The position numbers were made by a program, and so were the translations under genes. Shown here in pieces: positions 1-12,243 of a stretch of 64,000 bases of DNA. Location: NCBI GenBank assembly GCA_031962025.1, contig JAVRKW010000002.1; one strand, written 5' to 3'. The stretch comes from Pseudothermotoga sp. GTDB lineage: Bacteria; Thermotogota; Thermotogae; Thermotogales; DSM-5069. Position 1 is the first letter of the stretch; the number at the start of each line of letters is the position of its first letter. The notes beneath the pieces are model-generated. The model made no database searches, had not been told where the DNA came from, and saw only the letters and a program-made list of their open reading frames with translations.

Positions 1-1
1 C

Positions 2-2167
2 CAGGTTGATCCATCGCAAATAGTCGATTTACTTTCACTGATGGGTGATGCCGTTGACAATGTACCTGGAGTTAAAGGTATAGGAATGAAAACTGCCGTT
101 GAATTGATACAAAAATACGGTGATTTAGAAAATATATACCGCAAGATTGACCCAAACAGCCGAATAGGTAGATTGTTGATCGAGGGCAAAGAAGATGCTT
201 TCAAGAGCAGACAACTTGTAACTCTGATGAAAGACCTCGATCTTGGAATAGAGTGGGAACAGCTGAAATACACAGGTTACAGAGAAAGTGAACTGGTTGA
301 ATTTCTAAAACAGATGGAATTTTCAAGCATAATGAAAGAACTCGGGCTTTATGCTCAGCAGAGTACGCAGAGTGCTTATATAACTGTAAAAGACGAAAAG
401 ACCTTTACAGAACTGCTGAACAGGATGAAAAAAAGCCAGTATATTGTGTTAGATCTTGAAACAGATTCTCTCTCTCCATTAGATGCAAAAGTAGTTGGTT
501 TTTCAATTTCTCTGCCTGATAAGAGCAGTTATTATGTACCTTTGTCACACAGAAACGGTCCGAACATTGATATGAATCTGGCATTGAGCAGTTTGAAACA
601 AATACTCCAGCAGGCCGGCACAAAGATCATCGGGCAGAATCTCAAATACGATTACAGTGTGTTGAAAATGCACGGGATTGATCCGGTTAGACCTGCTTTT
701 GATACAATGATAGCCGCTTATCTGTTGAATCCGGATGAAAAGAGATTCAGTCTGGATGAACTTGCCATGAAATTTTTGAATTACAAGATGATCAGTTTCG
801 AAGAGGTTGTCAAAAACAGTTCACCTTTGTTCAGTTCGCTGAGTTTTGCCGACGTATCTGTCGAGGAAGCCACCAAGTATTCTGCCGAGGATGCAGATAT
901 AACTCGCAGACTGTACGAAGTGTTGAACATCAAGTTGCACGAAGCTGACCTGCTTGATGTTCTTGAAAAAATCGAGATGCCTTTGATACCTGTCCTGGTG
1001 GACATGGAACTTGCCGGCGTATACATGAATATAGAATATCTAAAAGATCTTTCGATGAAATATGTAACCAGGATGGATGAACTTTCACGACAGATCTTTG
1101 AGCACGCAAAGGAAGTTTTCAATTTGAATTCACCAAAGCAAGTGGCATACGTGCTGTTTGAAAAACTCAAAATTCAGGGCTCTAAGAAAACTTCTACAGG
1201 TGATCTTTCAACCAGAGCCGATGTACTTGAGGAGTTAGTCGACGAGCATCCCATTGTTCAATTGATTCTCGAATACAGGAAATTTCAAAAACTGAAATCC
1301 ACCTACCTGGATGTATTACCAAGGCTTGTACATCCCAAGACAGGGAGAATTCACACTTCATTTCATCAGACCGGTACAGCCACGGGAAGATTGAGCAGCA
1401 GCGATCCAAATCTTCAGAATTTGCCGACCAGACAGGAAGAAGGGAAAGAAATAAGAAGGGCAGTTGTTCCTCAAAAGAGCGGCTGGAAGATAATAAGTGC
1501 AGACTATTCACAGATAGAGCTCAGAGTTCTGGCACATTTGAGTGGCGATCAAAAGCTGATAGAGGCATTCCAGAAAGAAGAAGATATTCATTTATTCACA
1601 GCTTCCCGTATCTTTCAGGTCGAAAAAGACCAGGTTACACCGCAGATGAGAGCTGTTGGAAAGATGGTCAACTTTTCTGTGATTTACGGGGTGTCGCCGT
1701 ACGGATTGTCCAAAAGAACGGGTCTTACTTATGAACAGGCTCAGCGTTTCATAAACGAATACTTTTCGCTGTATCCGTCGGTTAGAGAATATTTTGCAAA
1801 GGTTATCTCTTATGCTAAAACGTATGGTCATGTGAGAACGATGTTTGGAAGAAAAAGAGAGGTACCGCAATTAAGATCAAAGGATGCAGCAGTTAGGCAG
1901 GAAGGTGAAAGAATAGCTGTAAATACACCAATACAGGGTACTGCGGCAGATATCATGAAACTCGCAATGATAGATTTGCATAGTAAAATGAAACAGATGA
2001 AGATGAATTCGAAAATGATACTTCAGGTTCATGATGAACTTGTCTTTGAGGTTCCCGATGATGAAACTGAACAGATGTTGCAGATGATCAAACAATCGAT
2101 GGAAGATGTGGTAAAATTATCAGTACCATTGAGAGTGGATATAACGGTATCTGAAAGCTGGGAATGA
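2..2167 (+). CDS. polA: DNA polymerase I (5' end outside the window)
   Basis: The frame is open from position 2. It has the 5'-exo tail GDAVDNVPGVKGIG, 3'-5' exo motifs DLETD/NLKYD/YSAED, and polymerase motifs TGRLSSSDPNLQN, DYSQIELR and QVHDELVFE. Confidence 0.98.
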   Translation, partial: QVDPSQIVDLLSLMGDAVDNVPGVKGIGMKTAVELIQKYGDLENIYRKIDPNSRIGRLLIEGKEDAFKSRQLVTLMKDLDLGIEWEQLKYTGYRESELVEFLKQMEFSSIMKELGLYAQQSTQSAYITVKDEKTFTELLNRMKKSQYIVLDLETDSLSPLDAKVVGFSISLPDKSSYYVPLSHRNGPNIDMNLALSSLKQILQQAGTKIIGQNLKYDYSVLKMHGIDPVRPAFDTMIAAYLLNPDEKRFSLDELAMKFLNYKMISFEEVVKNSSPLFSSLSFADVSVEEATKYSAEDADITRRLYEVLNIKLHEADLLDVLEKIEMPLIPVLVDMELAGVYMNIEYLKDLSMKYVTRMDELSRQIFEHAKEVFNLNSPKQVAYVLFEKLKIQGSKKTSTGDLSTRADVLEELVDEHPIVQLILEYRKFQKLKSTYLDVLPRLVHPKTGRIHTSFHQTGTATGRLSSSDPNLQNLPTRQEEGKEIRRAVVPQKSGWKIISADYSQIELRVLAHLSGDQKLIEAFQKEEDIHLFTASRIFQVEKDQVTPQMRAVGKMVNFSVIYGVSPYGLSKRTGLTYEQAQRFINEYFSLYPSVREYFAKVISYAKTYGHVRTMFGRKREVPQLRSKDAAVRQEGERIAVNTPIQGTAADIMKLAMIDLHSKMKQMKMNSKMILQVHDELVFEVPDDETEQMLQMIKQSMEDVVKLSVPLRVDITVSESWE

Positions 2168-2179
2168 GGAGGTATTAAC

Positions 2180-2659
2180 TTGGACGCAAGGATTTTGAAT
2201 GCTTTGATTGCTGCGATCGTTAATACCATGGAAACTTTGATAGGCAAAAAACCATCTATAGGTAAACCCGGCGTATTGAAAGAAGTCAGACCGATGTATG
2301 ATCTTGTGACGGTTATAGGATTTGCAGGAGGCGTTGAAGGCATATTGATATATTCTTTCAATCCTCAAACGGCGTTGCAGGTGGTCTCAAAAATGATGGG
2401 CATGCCTTATGAATCCTTGGACGATCTTGCCATGAGTGCAGTTGGAGAACTTGGAAACATGATCGCCGGTGCACTTGCAATGAACCTTGAGAAAATCAAC
2501 TGTAAAATCAACATAACCCCGCCAACAGTTGTTACTGGACGTGATTTGAAGCTGACTGTTGATGGGCTTGTTCTGCAGTTACCCGTTGGTGTTGTAAATG
2601 AAGGAGACATCGAAACGATTCTTTCAGTGAAAGGGACGGTTAAGTGCGGCAAGGCTTGA
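2180..2659 (+). CDS. cheX: Chemotaxis phosphatase CheX
   Basis: SAVGELGNMIAG (ExxN) and ITPPTVV motifs. TTG start with GAGGAGG SD. Confidence 0.9.
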   Translation: MDARILNALIAAIVNTMETLIGKKPSIGKPGVLKEVRPMYDLVTVIGFAGGVEGILIYSFNPQTALQVVSKMMGMPYESLDDLAMSAVGELGNMIAGALAMNLEKINCKINITPPTVVTGRDLKLTVDGLVLQLPVGVVNEGDIETILSVKGTVKCGKA

Positions 2660-2904
2660 GCAAATACAGTATCGTGCTCAATTTTGGTGTAACTGTTATT
2701 TCCAATATCGCCGTTGGAGCTTTTCTTGGTTATTACATCGACAGATGGACAACAAAAAATGGTGTGATTTTGATAATTTTTGTACTGCTTGGTGTTGCGT
2801 CAGGTCTGTACAATGGGTTTAAATATCTTTTAAAGGAAGCCGATAAATATGACAAACACGATAAAAAAGATGCTGAAAAACATAATGATTCTGGGAATAG
2901 CTGA
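2644..2904 (+). CDS. AtpZ/AtpI-family small membrane protein (ATPase gene 1)
   Basis: Two hydrophobic helices with GxxxGYYIDRW. First gene of the atp cluster. An alternative TTG start at 2656 overlaps the cheX stop. Confidence 0.75.
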   Translation: MRQGLSKYSIVLNFGVTVISNIAVGAFLGYYIDRWTTKNGVILIIFVLLGVASGLYNGFKYLLKEADKYDKHDKKDAEKHNDSGNS

Positions 2905-3181
2905 GATGGCTGTGTTCTGGTTTCTTTTTGGTTATAAGGGAGTGCTGGGAGTATTGATCGGAACCTGTGGAGCATGTGTTAACATAATGGCTCTTTGGCG
3001 TGACGTTAAAAAGTGTGTTTCAAGACAAAAAAAGATGTCAGTGGCAGGTTATCTTTCGCGGTATACTTTAAGTGGAGCCATTATGGCTTTTTGTGCTGTT
3101 GCTTTATCTGTACAGGCTGTTTTTGGAGCTTTTTTTGGTCTTTTAAATGCCAAACTGGCAGCCTTTTTGTCCTGGAGGTGA
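2849..3181 (+). CDS. atpI: ATP synthase subunit I-like membrane protein
   Basis: About four hydrophobic segments, a YLSRY motif, and position immediately before atpB. Confidence 0.7.
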   Translation: MTNTIKKMLKNIMILGIAEMAVFWFLFGYKGVLGVLIGTCGACVNIMALWRDVKKCVSRQKKMSVAGYLSRYTLSGAIMAFCAVALSVQAVFGAFFGLLNAKLAAFLSWR

Positions 3182-3185
3182 CCTG

Positions 3186-4043
3186 GTGAAGCTGAGTTTG
3201 GACAGAAAGACAAAGATACTTTTGGCTATATTTTTGATCATCTACATAGTTGTGGGGATTTTGAATGCAGTTTATCTTTCAAAACAGAGCATGGGTGAAG
3301 CCTTCAAAAATGTTGCAAATAGATGGGTTGTGAAGCTCCCATTTGGAAATGGAATCTTTTCACGGATAAATCCACTTACTATTTTCATGACCTGGATCAT
3401 CATGCTCATAATAATACTGATTGCGTATGGTTTTAGAAAACCAAAACTGATACCAGATAGAAAACAATCTGCGCTGGAATCTCTCATGGAGTTTGTTTAT
3501 CAAATGGTTGAAGATGCCATACCGGATCAGCGTTTTGTAAGACCAACTTTTTATATCGCATGTACCCTTTTCATATTCATCGTTTTTTCAAATATCCTTG
3601 GTGGTGCAATCCCTGGAATTTCAATTGAAGCAAATGCGCAGGGAAATATAGAAAAAATATACCTGTTTTCCGACACGTGGTTCTCGCCCACTGCCGACAT
3701 AAACACAAATGCTTTTCTTGCAGTCTTTGTTTTTTTGATAAGCCAGGTCTTTGCGATCAAATCAAAAGGTTTTAAAGCGTGGGCAAAGTCCTGGTTTGAA
3801 CCAATTCCGTTGATGTTTCCGATGAATGTCATAGGAGAACTCTCAAAGCCGATATCACATTCATTGAGGCTCTTTGGAAATATCGCCGGTGGAGCCTTGT
3901 TGACGTACCTGCTCGCATACATGGCAAAGTACCTGTTTTTACCTGTGATACTCTGGGGTTTCTTTGGCTTATTTGTGGGTGTGATTCAGGCGCTTGTTTT
4001 CACAGTGCTTGCAATTGCTTACATATCATCGGCTTTATCGTGA
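3186..4043 (+). CDS. atpB: F0 subunit a
   Basis: PTADIN, SHSLRLFGNI and IQALVFTVL motifs. GTG start at 3186 chosen from the GGAGGTG SD. Confidence 0.96.
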   Translation: MKLSLDRKTKILLAIFLIIYIVVGILNAVYLSKQSMGEAFKNVANRWVVKLPFGNGIFSRINPLTIFMTWIIMLIIILIAYGFRKPKLIPDRKQSALESLMEFVYQMVEDAIPDQRFVRPTFYIACTLFIFIVFSNILGGAIPGISIEANAQGNIEKIYLFSDTWFSPTADINTNAFLAVFVFLISQVFAIKSKGFKAWAKSWFEPIPLMFPMNVIGELSKPISHSLRLFGNIAGGALLTYLLAYMAKYLFLPVILWGFFGLFVGVIQALVFTVLAIAYISSALS

Positions 4044-4316
<273 letters not shown>

Positions 4317-4328
4317 GGAGGACAGAAG

Positions 4329-4817
4329 ATGGGATTTGTTGAACTTAACCTCACGGGTATTGTGCAGCTTTTGAATTTCTTTATACTGTTATTCGCACTG
4401 TACAAACTTTTGTACAAACCATTTACCCAGATTATGGACAAAAGACGTGAAAAGGTTGAAGCTGAACTTGCTCAGGCAGAAAAAGAGCGCAAGGAAGCTC
4501 AGGAAATGAAAAAAGAAGCCGAACAGATTCTGGCAAATGCAAGGCAAACAGCAGAGAAAATCGTGTCCGATGCGAAACAAACAAGTGACGAGTTGATCAA
4601 TCAGGCAAAAAATCAAGCCCGTGAGGAAGCAGATAGAATTATGAATTCAGCACGTGCCGAAATTGAAAGAGAAAAGCAGAGAGCTCTGGATGAAGTCGAA
4701 AAAAGAGCTGGAGAAATTGCCGTGGCTCTTGCCATGAAAATTCTCCAGGGAGTTCTCGATGAGAAAGCGAAAAGGGAATATCTTGTGAATGTGTTGAAAA
4801 AGGGGCAGAGTGAATGA
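4329..4817 (+). CDS. atpF: F0 subunit b
   Basis: N-terminal TM helix followed by an A/E/K-rich coiled coil; operon position. Confidence 0.95.
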   Translation: MGFVELNLTGIVQLLNFFILLFALYKLLYKPFTQIMDKRREKVEAELAQAEKERKEAQEMKKEAEQILANARQTAEKIVSDAKQTSDELINQAKNQAREEADRIMNSARAEIEREKQRALDEVEKRAGEIAVALAMKILQGVLDEKAKREYLVNVLKKGQSE

Positions 4818-5356
4818 GATATTCTCACATAGCATCCAAGTACGCCAGGGCTTTGCTCAATGTTGCAATTGAGCTGGGAAAACAGGAAGAGTACGGACAG
4901 GTACTGGCACTTGTTACTTTGCTTTATCAGAAGACAAAATTGTTCCTTGACGATCCCACGCAGAATTCTTTGAAACAGGTTGAGAGGATTGTCAAGTTTT
5001 TGAACCACGCAGGTATAACGGTCGATAAACCGTTCTGGAGTTTTCTGAAAATAGTTTTTGAAAAGAGAAGGCAGGCATCTTTACCGCTGATTCTGGAGTA
5101 CTACAAAAACATGAAAATAGAATCTCAGATGAAAGTGCCCGTTGTTTTAACTGTTGCTTATGATTTGTCTGATGAAGAGACAAAGGCGATATCGGATTTC
5201 GTAAGGCGCTATACGAAAAAAGAACCTGTTTTTGACATAAGACTTGACCAGTCGCTCTTAGCCGGTGCTGTGATAGAGTACGAGGGTAGAACTTTTGATG
5301 TTTCTGTATCTGGAAGGATAAGAAACATAGCTCGTTCTGTTTTTCAAAAGGGGTGA
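4814..5356 (+). CDS. atpH: F1 subunit delta
   Basis: ASKYARAL N-terminus, DQSLLAG...DVSV C-terminus. Confidence 0.95.
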   Translation: MRYSHIASKYARALLNVAIELGKQEEYGQVLALVTLLYQKTKLFLDDPTQNSLKQVERIVKFLNHAGITVDKPFWSFLKIVFEKRRQASLPLILEYYKNMKIESQMKVPVVLTVAYDLSDEETKAISDFVRRYTKKEPVFDIRLDQSLLAGAVIEYEGRTFDVSVSGRIRNIARSVFQKG

Positions 5357-5361
5357 TGTAG

Positions 5362-6872
5362 TTGCGAATTAGCCCGGGTGAGATAACAAAGGTTTTAGAG
5401 GAAAGGATTAAGGAATTCACAGAGGAAATAGATCTTCAAGAGACGGGAAGGGTTGTACAAGTTGGTGATGGAATAGCGCGCGTCTATGGTTTGAACAACG
5501 TTATGGCAAATGAACTCGTAGAGTTTGTGGAAACAGGCATAAAGGGTCTTGCTTTCAACCTCGAAGAGGACAATGTGGGTGTGATCTTGCTCGGTCCATA
5601 TTCTCAGATCAAGGAAGGACACATCGTTCGGAGATTGAAGAAAATCATAGAAGTTCCGGTTGGAGAAGAGTTACTTGGAAGGGTTGTCAGCCCGCTTGGA
5701 GATCCTCTTGACGGTCTTGGACCGGTGAATGCCAAGCACACACGAAGGGTAGAGATAAAAGCTCCGGGAGTTATATACAGAAAACCTGTGAACACACCGC
5801 TTCAAACGGGTATCAAGGCAATCGATGCGATGATTCCAATAGGTCGTGGTCAGCGCGAGTTGATAATAGGTGACAGACAGACCGGAAAGACCGCGATAGC
5901 GATTGATACGATCATCAACCAGAAGGGAAAAGACGTATACTGCATCTATGTTGCCATCGGACAGAAGATCGCTTCTGTTGCGCGCATTGTCGATAAACTG
6001 CGCGAATTCGGTGCGATGGATTACACAACAGTTGTCGTTGCATCGGCATCAGACCCGGCACCAATTCAATATCTTGCTCCGTATGCAGGTTGTGCCATGG
6101 GTGAATATTTCATGTACAGTTCGCGTGATGCCCTTGTAGTTTACGACGATCTGTCAAAGCACGCGGCTGCTTACAGGCAACTTTCTCTGCTTTTGAGAAG
6201 ACCACCTGGAAGGGAAGCTTATCCTGGTGATATATTCTACCTTCACTCCAGACTCCTTGAAAGAGCGGCAAAACTCGATGAAAAAGCAGGAGGCGGTTCT
6301 TTAACAGCCCTTCCAATAGTTGAAACGCAAGCCAACGACGTTTCAGCGTACATTCCAACCAACGTCATATCCATAACAGATGGGCAGATATACCTTGAAC
6401 CTGGACTTTTCTATTCCGGATTCAGACCTGCCATCAACGTTGGACTTTCTGTGTCGCGAGTGGGAGGTTCTGCGCAGATAAAAGCGATGAAACAGGTGGC
6501 TGGGATGTTGAGAATAGATCTTGCACAGTTCAGAGAATTGGAAACATTTGCGCAGTTTGCTTCAGAACTCGATCCAGCCACAAGAGCCCAGATAACTCGT
6601 GGACAGAGACTGCAGGAACTGCTCAAACAGGATCAGTACCATCCTATGCCGGTTGAAGAGCAGGTAGTTGTTCTTTATGCCGGAATCAAAGGGTATTTGG
6701 ATGAACTCTCAGTTGAGTCTGTGAAAAAATTTGAAACAGAGTTTCTCAAGTATATGAGAAACACACACAGTTCTTTGCTCAAATCAATCGCACAGAAAAA
6801 AGAACTGACACAGGAGATCGAAGATGAATTAAAGCAAGCCATTCAGGAGTTTCTGAAGGGATGGCATGAATA

Positions 6873-6873
<1 letters not shown>
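5362..6873 (+). CDS. atpA: F1 subunit alpha
   Basis: GDRQTGKT Walker [26 protein letters not shown]. Confidence 0.99.
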
Positions 6874-9473
<2,600 letters not shown>

Positions 9474-9474
9474 A

Positions 9475-9639
9475 GTGGCTTATGCGCTTTTGATAGCAGG
9501 ACTTTCTCTGCTTGGATTTTCTGTCTTTGTATTTAGAAAATCGATCGGTGAGTTCTCAAAGACATCTTTCTTTTTGATCTTACTGTGTGTAATGCTATTT
9601 TTCCTGGCTTTTCTGTTATCATTTTTAAAGGGGGGATGA
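9475..9639 (+). CDS. Small 54-aa two-helix membrane protein (not in ORF track)
   Basis: GTG 1 nt after the atpC stop. Translates as MAYALLIAGLSLLGFSVFVFRKSIGEFSKTSFFLILLCVMLFFLAFLLSFLKGG*. Its TGA overlaps the next ATG (ATGA, 9636-9639). Confidence 0.65.
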   Translation: MAYALLIAGLSLLGFSVFVFRKSIGEFSKTSFFLILLCVMLFFLAFLLSFLKGG

Positions 9640-10292
9640 TTATGGATAAGTATTTAACGCCGTTCTTTGACAGGACGAATTTACCGTCGAAAGATTTTTA
9701 CTCGTACGGGCTGGTGGTGTTTTTTGTCGGAAGTGTTCTGGGATTGATAGCCTCCATAGTTGTGGTTGCGGCTAATTATCTTATAGCTTTATCCGCGCTG
9801 CGCTTTTTTGGTTTCACACAGGGTATGTGTTTTGTTTCCGGTCTTGTTTTGATTTTTGTACTGATAAGGTGGCACTCAATTATAAGGCAATTGCAGCGCA
9901 GAATGATCGAGGCATTTCCAAAATACACAGCGATCGTTTTGAAAATGGATGAATCACTGTTTTACATTGGAATTGCAATTGCTGTAGCAGGGTTAATCAT
10001 CAACTTATTCGTTGCATTTGGTTTTGCCGTGATTGTTGTGGGACTTGCTCTTGCTTATTATTTTTTCTTCAAGTCAGTGGAAAATCTTGAACAGGAAGAG
10101 ATTAAATTCTTTTCCACAACATTTGAAAAGAATGTAGAAAAATCCTTCAAATTTGCTTTGGATACAAATGTGCTTTTGTACACTATGATTACCCTGTTTG
10201 GTTATTTTGTGCTTCACCAGGAAGAGTATTTTTCTGCGATCAATGATTATGTAAAAAAGAGGATGAATTTACTTGAGGAGGTGAAGCAATGA
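9636..10292 (+). CDS. Hypothetical integral membrane protein
   Basis: About five hydrophobic segments. AAAGGGGGG SD supports a start at 9636 or 9642. Coupled to hpf. Confidence 0.75.
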   Translation: MIMDKYLTPFFDRTNLPSKDFYSYGLVVFFVGSVLGLIASIVVVAANYLIALSALRFFGFTQGMCFVSGLVLIFVLIRWHSIIRQLQRRMIEAFPKYTAIVLKMDESLFYIGIAIAVAGLIINLFVAFGFAVIVVGLALAYYFFFKSVENLEQEEIKFFSTTFEKNVEKSFKFALDTNVLLYTMITLFGYFVLHQEEYFSAINDYVKKRMNLLEEVKQ

Positions 10293-10816
10293 ATTACAAA
10301 TTCACAACCAGGGGTTTTGATTCTTCACCTGCTGTAGAACAGTATCTGTCAAAGAGATTGGAGAAAGTCGACAGGGTTTTGAAGGACAACGACGTCGTCT
10401 CTGCAGAGATAAAAGCAGAGAAGGATGCTGTGAATTTCGTATTGAAGGCAAATATAAATTTAAGAGGAAACATAGTCGTTGTTCAGGAGAAAGATCCAGA
10501 TTTGTACACCGCGATTGACAGAATGTCAGATGCGCTGGAAAAAAAGATAAAAAAGATCAAGTCCACAATTCGTGAAAAGCACCGTGTTCCGGCGGAAAAA
10601 GAACCACAAATATCAGCTTCTTCAGTGGAAGAAGAAACAGACATAGCCGAGACAAAGCGAATACCGCTGTCTTTGATGCCTTTAGAGGAAGCAATTTTGC
10701 AGTTCAAAACTATGAAAAGGCAGTTCTTTGTTTTTCGAAACTCTGAGACCAATGAAATAAACATGCTCTATGTTCGAAAAGATGGTAAGATGGGCTTATT
10801 TGAATTTGTTGATTAG
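10289..10816 (+). CDS. hpf: Long ribosome hibernation promoting factor
   Basis: DLYTAID motif plus C-terminal MPLEEAILQ...FFVFRN...YVRKDG domain. Confidence 0.93.
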   Translation: MNYKFTTRGFDSSPAVEQYLSKRLEKVDRVLKDNDVVSAEIKAEKDAVNFVLKANINLRGNIVVVQEKDPDLYTAIDRMSDALEKKIKKIKSTIREKHRVPAEKEPQISASSVEEETDIAETKRIPLSLMPLEEAILQFKTMKRQFFVFRNSETNEINMLYVRKDGKMGLFEFVD

Positions 10817-10830
10817 CTGGTGAGAATTTT

Positions 10831-12243
10831 GTGAATCAGTTGGTAATAAATCTTCAGGAAAAAAGAGTGAACGGTGCCATACTCTCGGATGGTGTTTTGC
10901 AGGAACTTTTCACCGAGGAAAATGAGTTTATATCGGGAAATATCTATGTGGGTCGTGTCGAAAAGATAATATCCGGTCTGAACGCAGCTTTTGTGGACAT
11001 AGGGGAAAGTAAAAATGCCTTTTTAAAATTGAGTGATTTTTCAAGACAGTATTTGAAGCAAATTTTGAACGCCGATGCACTTAAAGAAGGTATGAAAGTC
11101 CTTGTGCAGGTGAAACACGATGCGATAGGCTCCAAGGGTCCACAGGTTACAGGCAAGATATCACTTGCAGGCAGGTTCTTGGTTTATTTTCCGCTCTCCC
11201 GTGCAAAAGGTGTTTCAAAAAAGGTATCCGATCCAAAAGAGCGTGAGAGATTGAAAAAACTGCTGAAAAGTCTTGCAAAGAACGAAGGTATTGTGGTGAG
11301 AACTGCGGCTGAGTTTGTTCCTGAGGATGTGATTTTTGAAGAGTTTGAAGAACTCAAAGCAGAATGGGACAGGATAATCAAAGATTTCAAAAGAGCCAGA
11401 AAATCCAAACTCCTTCGCAGTGAACCCACAGTGGCAGATTACATCATCAGAGAACGTCTGAATAAAGAAATCGACGAAGTTTATGTCAACGATGAAGTTG
11501 TTTATGAAAAGGTGAAGGAAGCTTGTAAGAAGCTCCCTAAAAAGCCGTTGATCAATCTGATCAAAGACGATTTGTTTGATAAATTGGGTGTCTACAATCA
11601 ACTGGGTCAGATGCAGGAAAGAATCATCGATTTGCCAAGCGGTGGTTACATCGCACTGGATACCACTGAAGCCTTGACGGTCTTTGATGTGAATTCGGCA
11701 AGCTTTGTAGCTGAAAAAAGTCATGCAGAACTGGCTTACAAGATAAACGTAGAAGCCGCCCACGAGATTGCAAGGCAGTTGCGCCTGAGAAATATTGGGG
11801 GAATTGTCATAATCGATTTCATAGACATGCCCTCAAAAGATTATTACGACAGGCTCATGAAAGAATTGCAGAGCGCGGTAAGGAAAGATTCTGCTCATAT
11901 CGAGTTGATTGGTTTTACAAAACTCGGTTTGTTTGAAATGACCAGAAAGAGAAAATCTCCTTCCGTTGACCAGCTCTTGTTTACCTCCTGCCCTGTTTGC
12001 AAGGGAACGGGGAAGGTGATCTCGCCGCTTGTGGTGATCAGAAGAGTTGTGAATGAACTGTCCAGGATTGATGATGTAAATCAATACAGCGCAGTAAAAG
12101 TAGCGCTTCATCAAAGGCTTTCAGGTTATGTGGACAGAATCAAGCAATCTCTTCCAGAGTCAATTGCCAAAAAGGTCATTTTCAGCTTTGATGCCTCAAA
12201 TCCCGGTGATTTCAGTTTGATTTTGAGTAAAAAGACCTCTTAA
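10831..12243 (+). CDS. rng: Rne/Rng family ribonuclease
   Basis: GNIYVGRV, AAFVDIG, DVNS, RLRNIGGIVIIDFID, CPVCKGTG Zn-link. Confidence 0.93.
   Translation: MNQLVINLQEKRVNGAILSDGVLQELFTEENEFISGNIYVGRVEKIISGLNAAFVDIGESKNAFLKLSDFSRQYLKQILNADALKEGMKVLVQVKHDAIGSKGPQVTGKISLAGRFLVYFPLSRAKGVSKKVSDPKERERLKKLLKSLAKNEGIVVRTAAEFVPEDVIFEEFEELKAEWDRIIKDFKRARKSKLLRSEPTVADYIIRERLNKEIDEVYVNDEVVYEKVKEACKKLPKKPLINLIKDDLFDKLGVYNQLGQMQERIIDLPSGGYIALDTTEALTVFDVNSASFVAEKSHAELAYKINVEAAHEIARQLRLRNIGGIVIIDFIDMPSKDYYDRLMKELQSAVRKDSAHIELIGFTKLGLFEMTRKRKSPSVDQLLFTSCPVCKGTGKVISPLVVIRRVVNELSRIDDVNQYSAVKVALHQRLSGYVDRIKQSLPESIAKKVIFSFDASNPGDFSLILSKKTS

Noticed and set aside
2180..2659. cheX between polA and the atp genes as a novel arrangement
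   Set aside because: I recall the same polA-cheX-atp order in Thermotoga maritima, so it is likely normal for the lineage.
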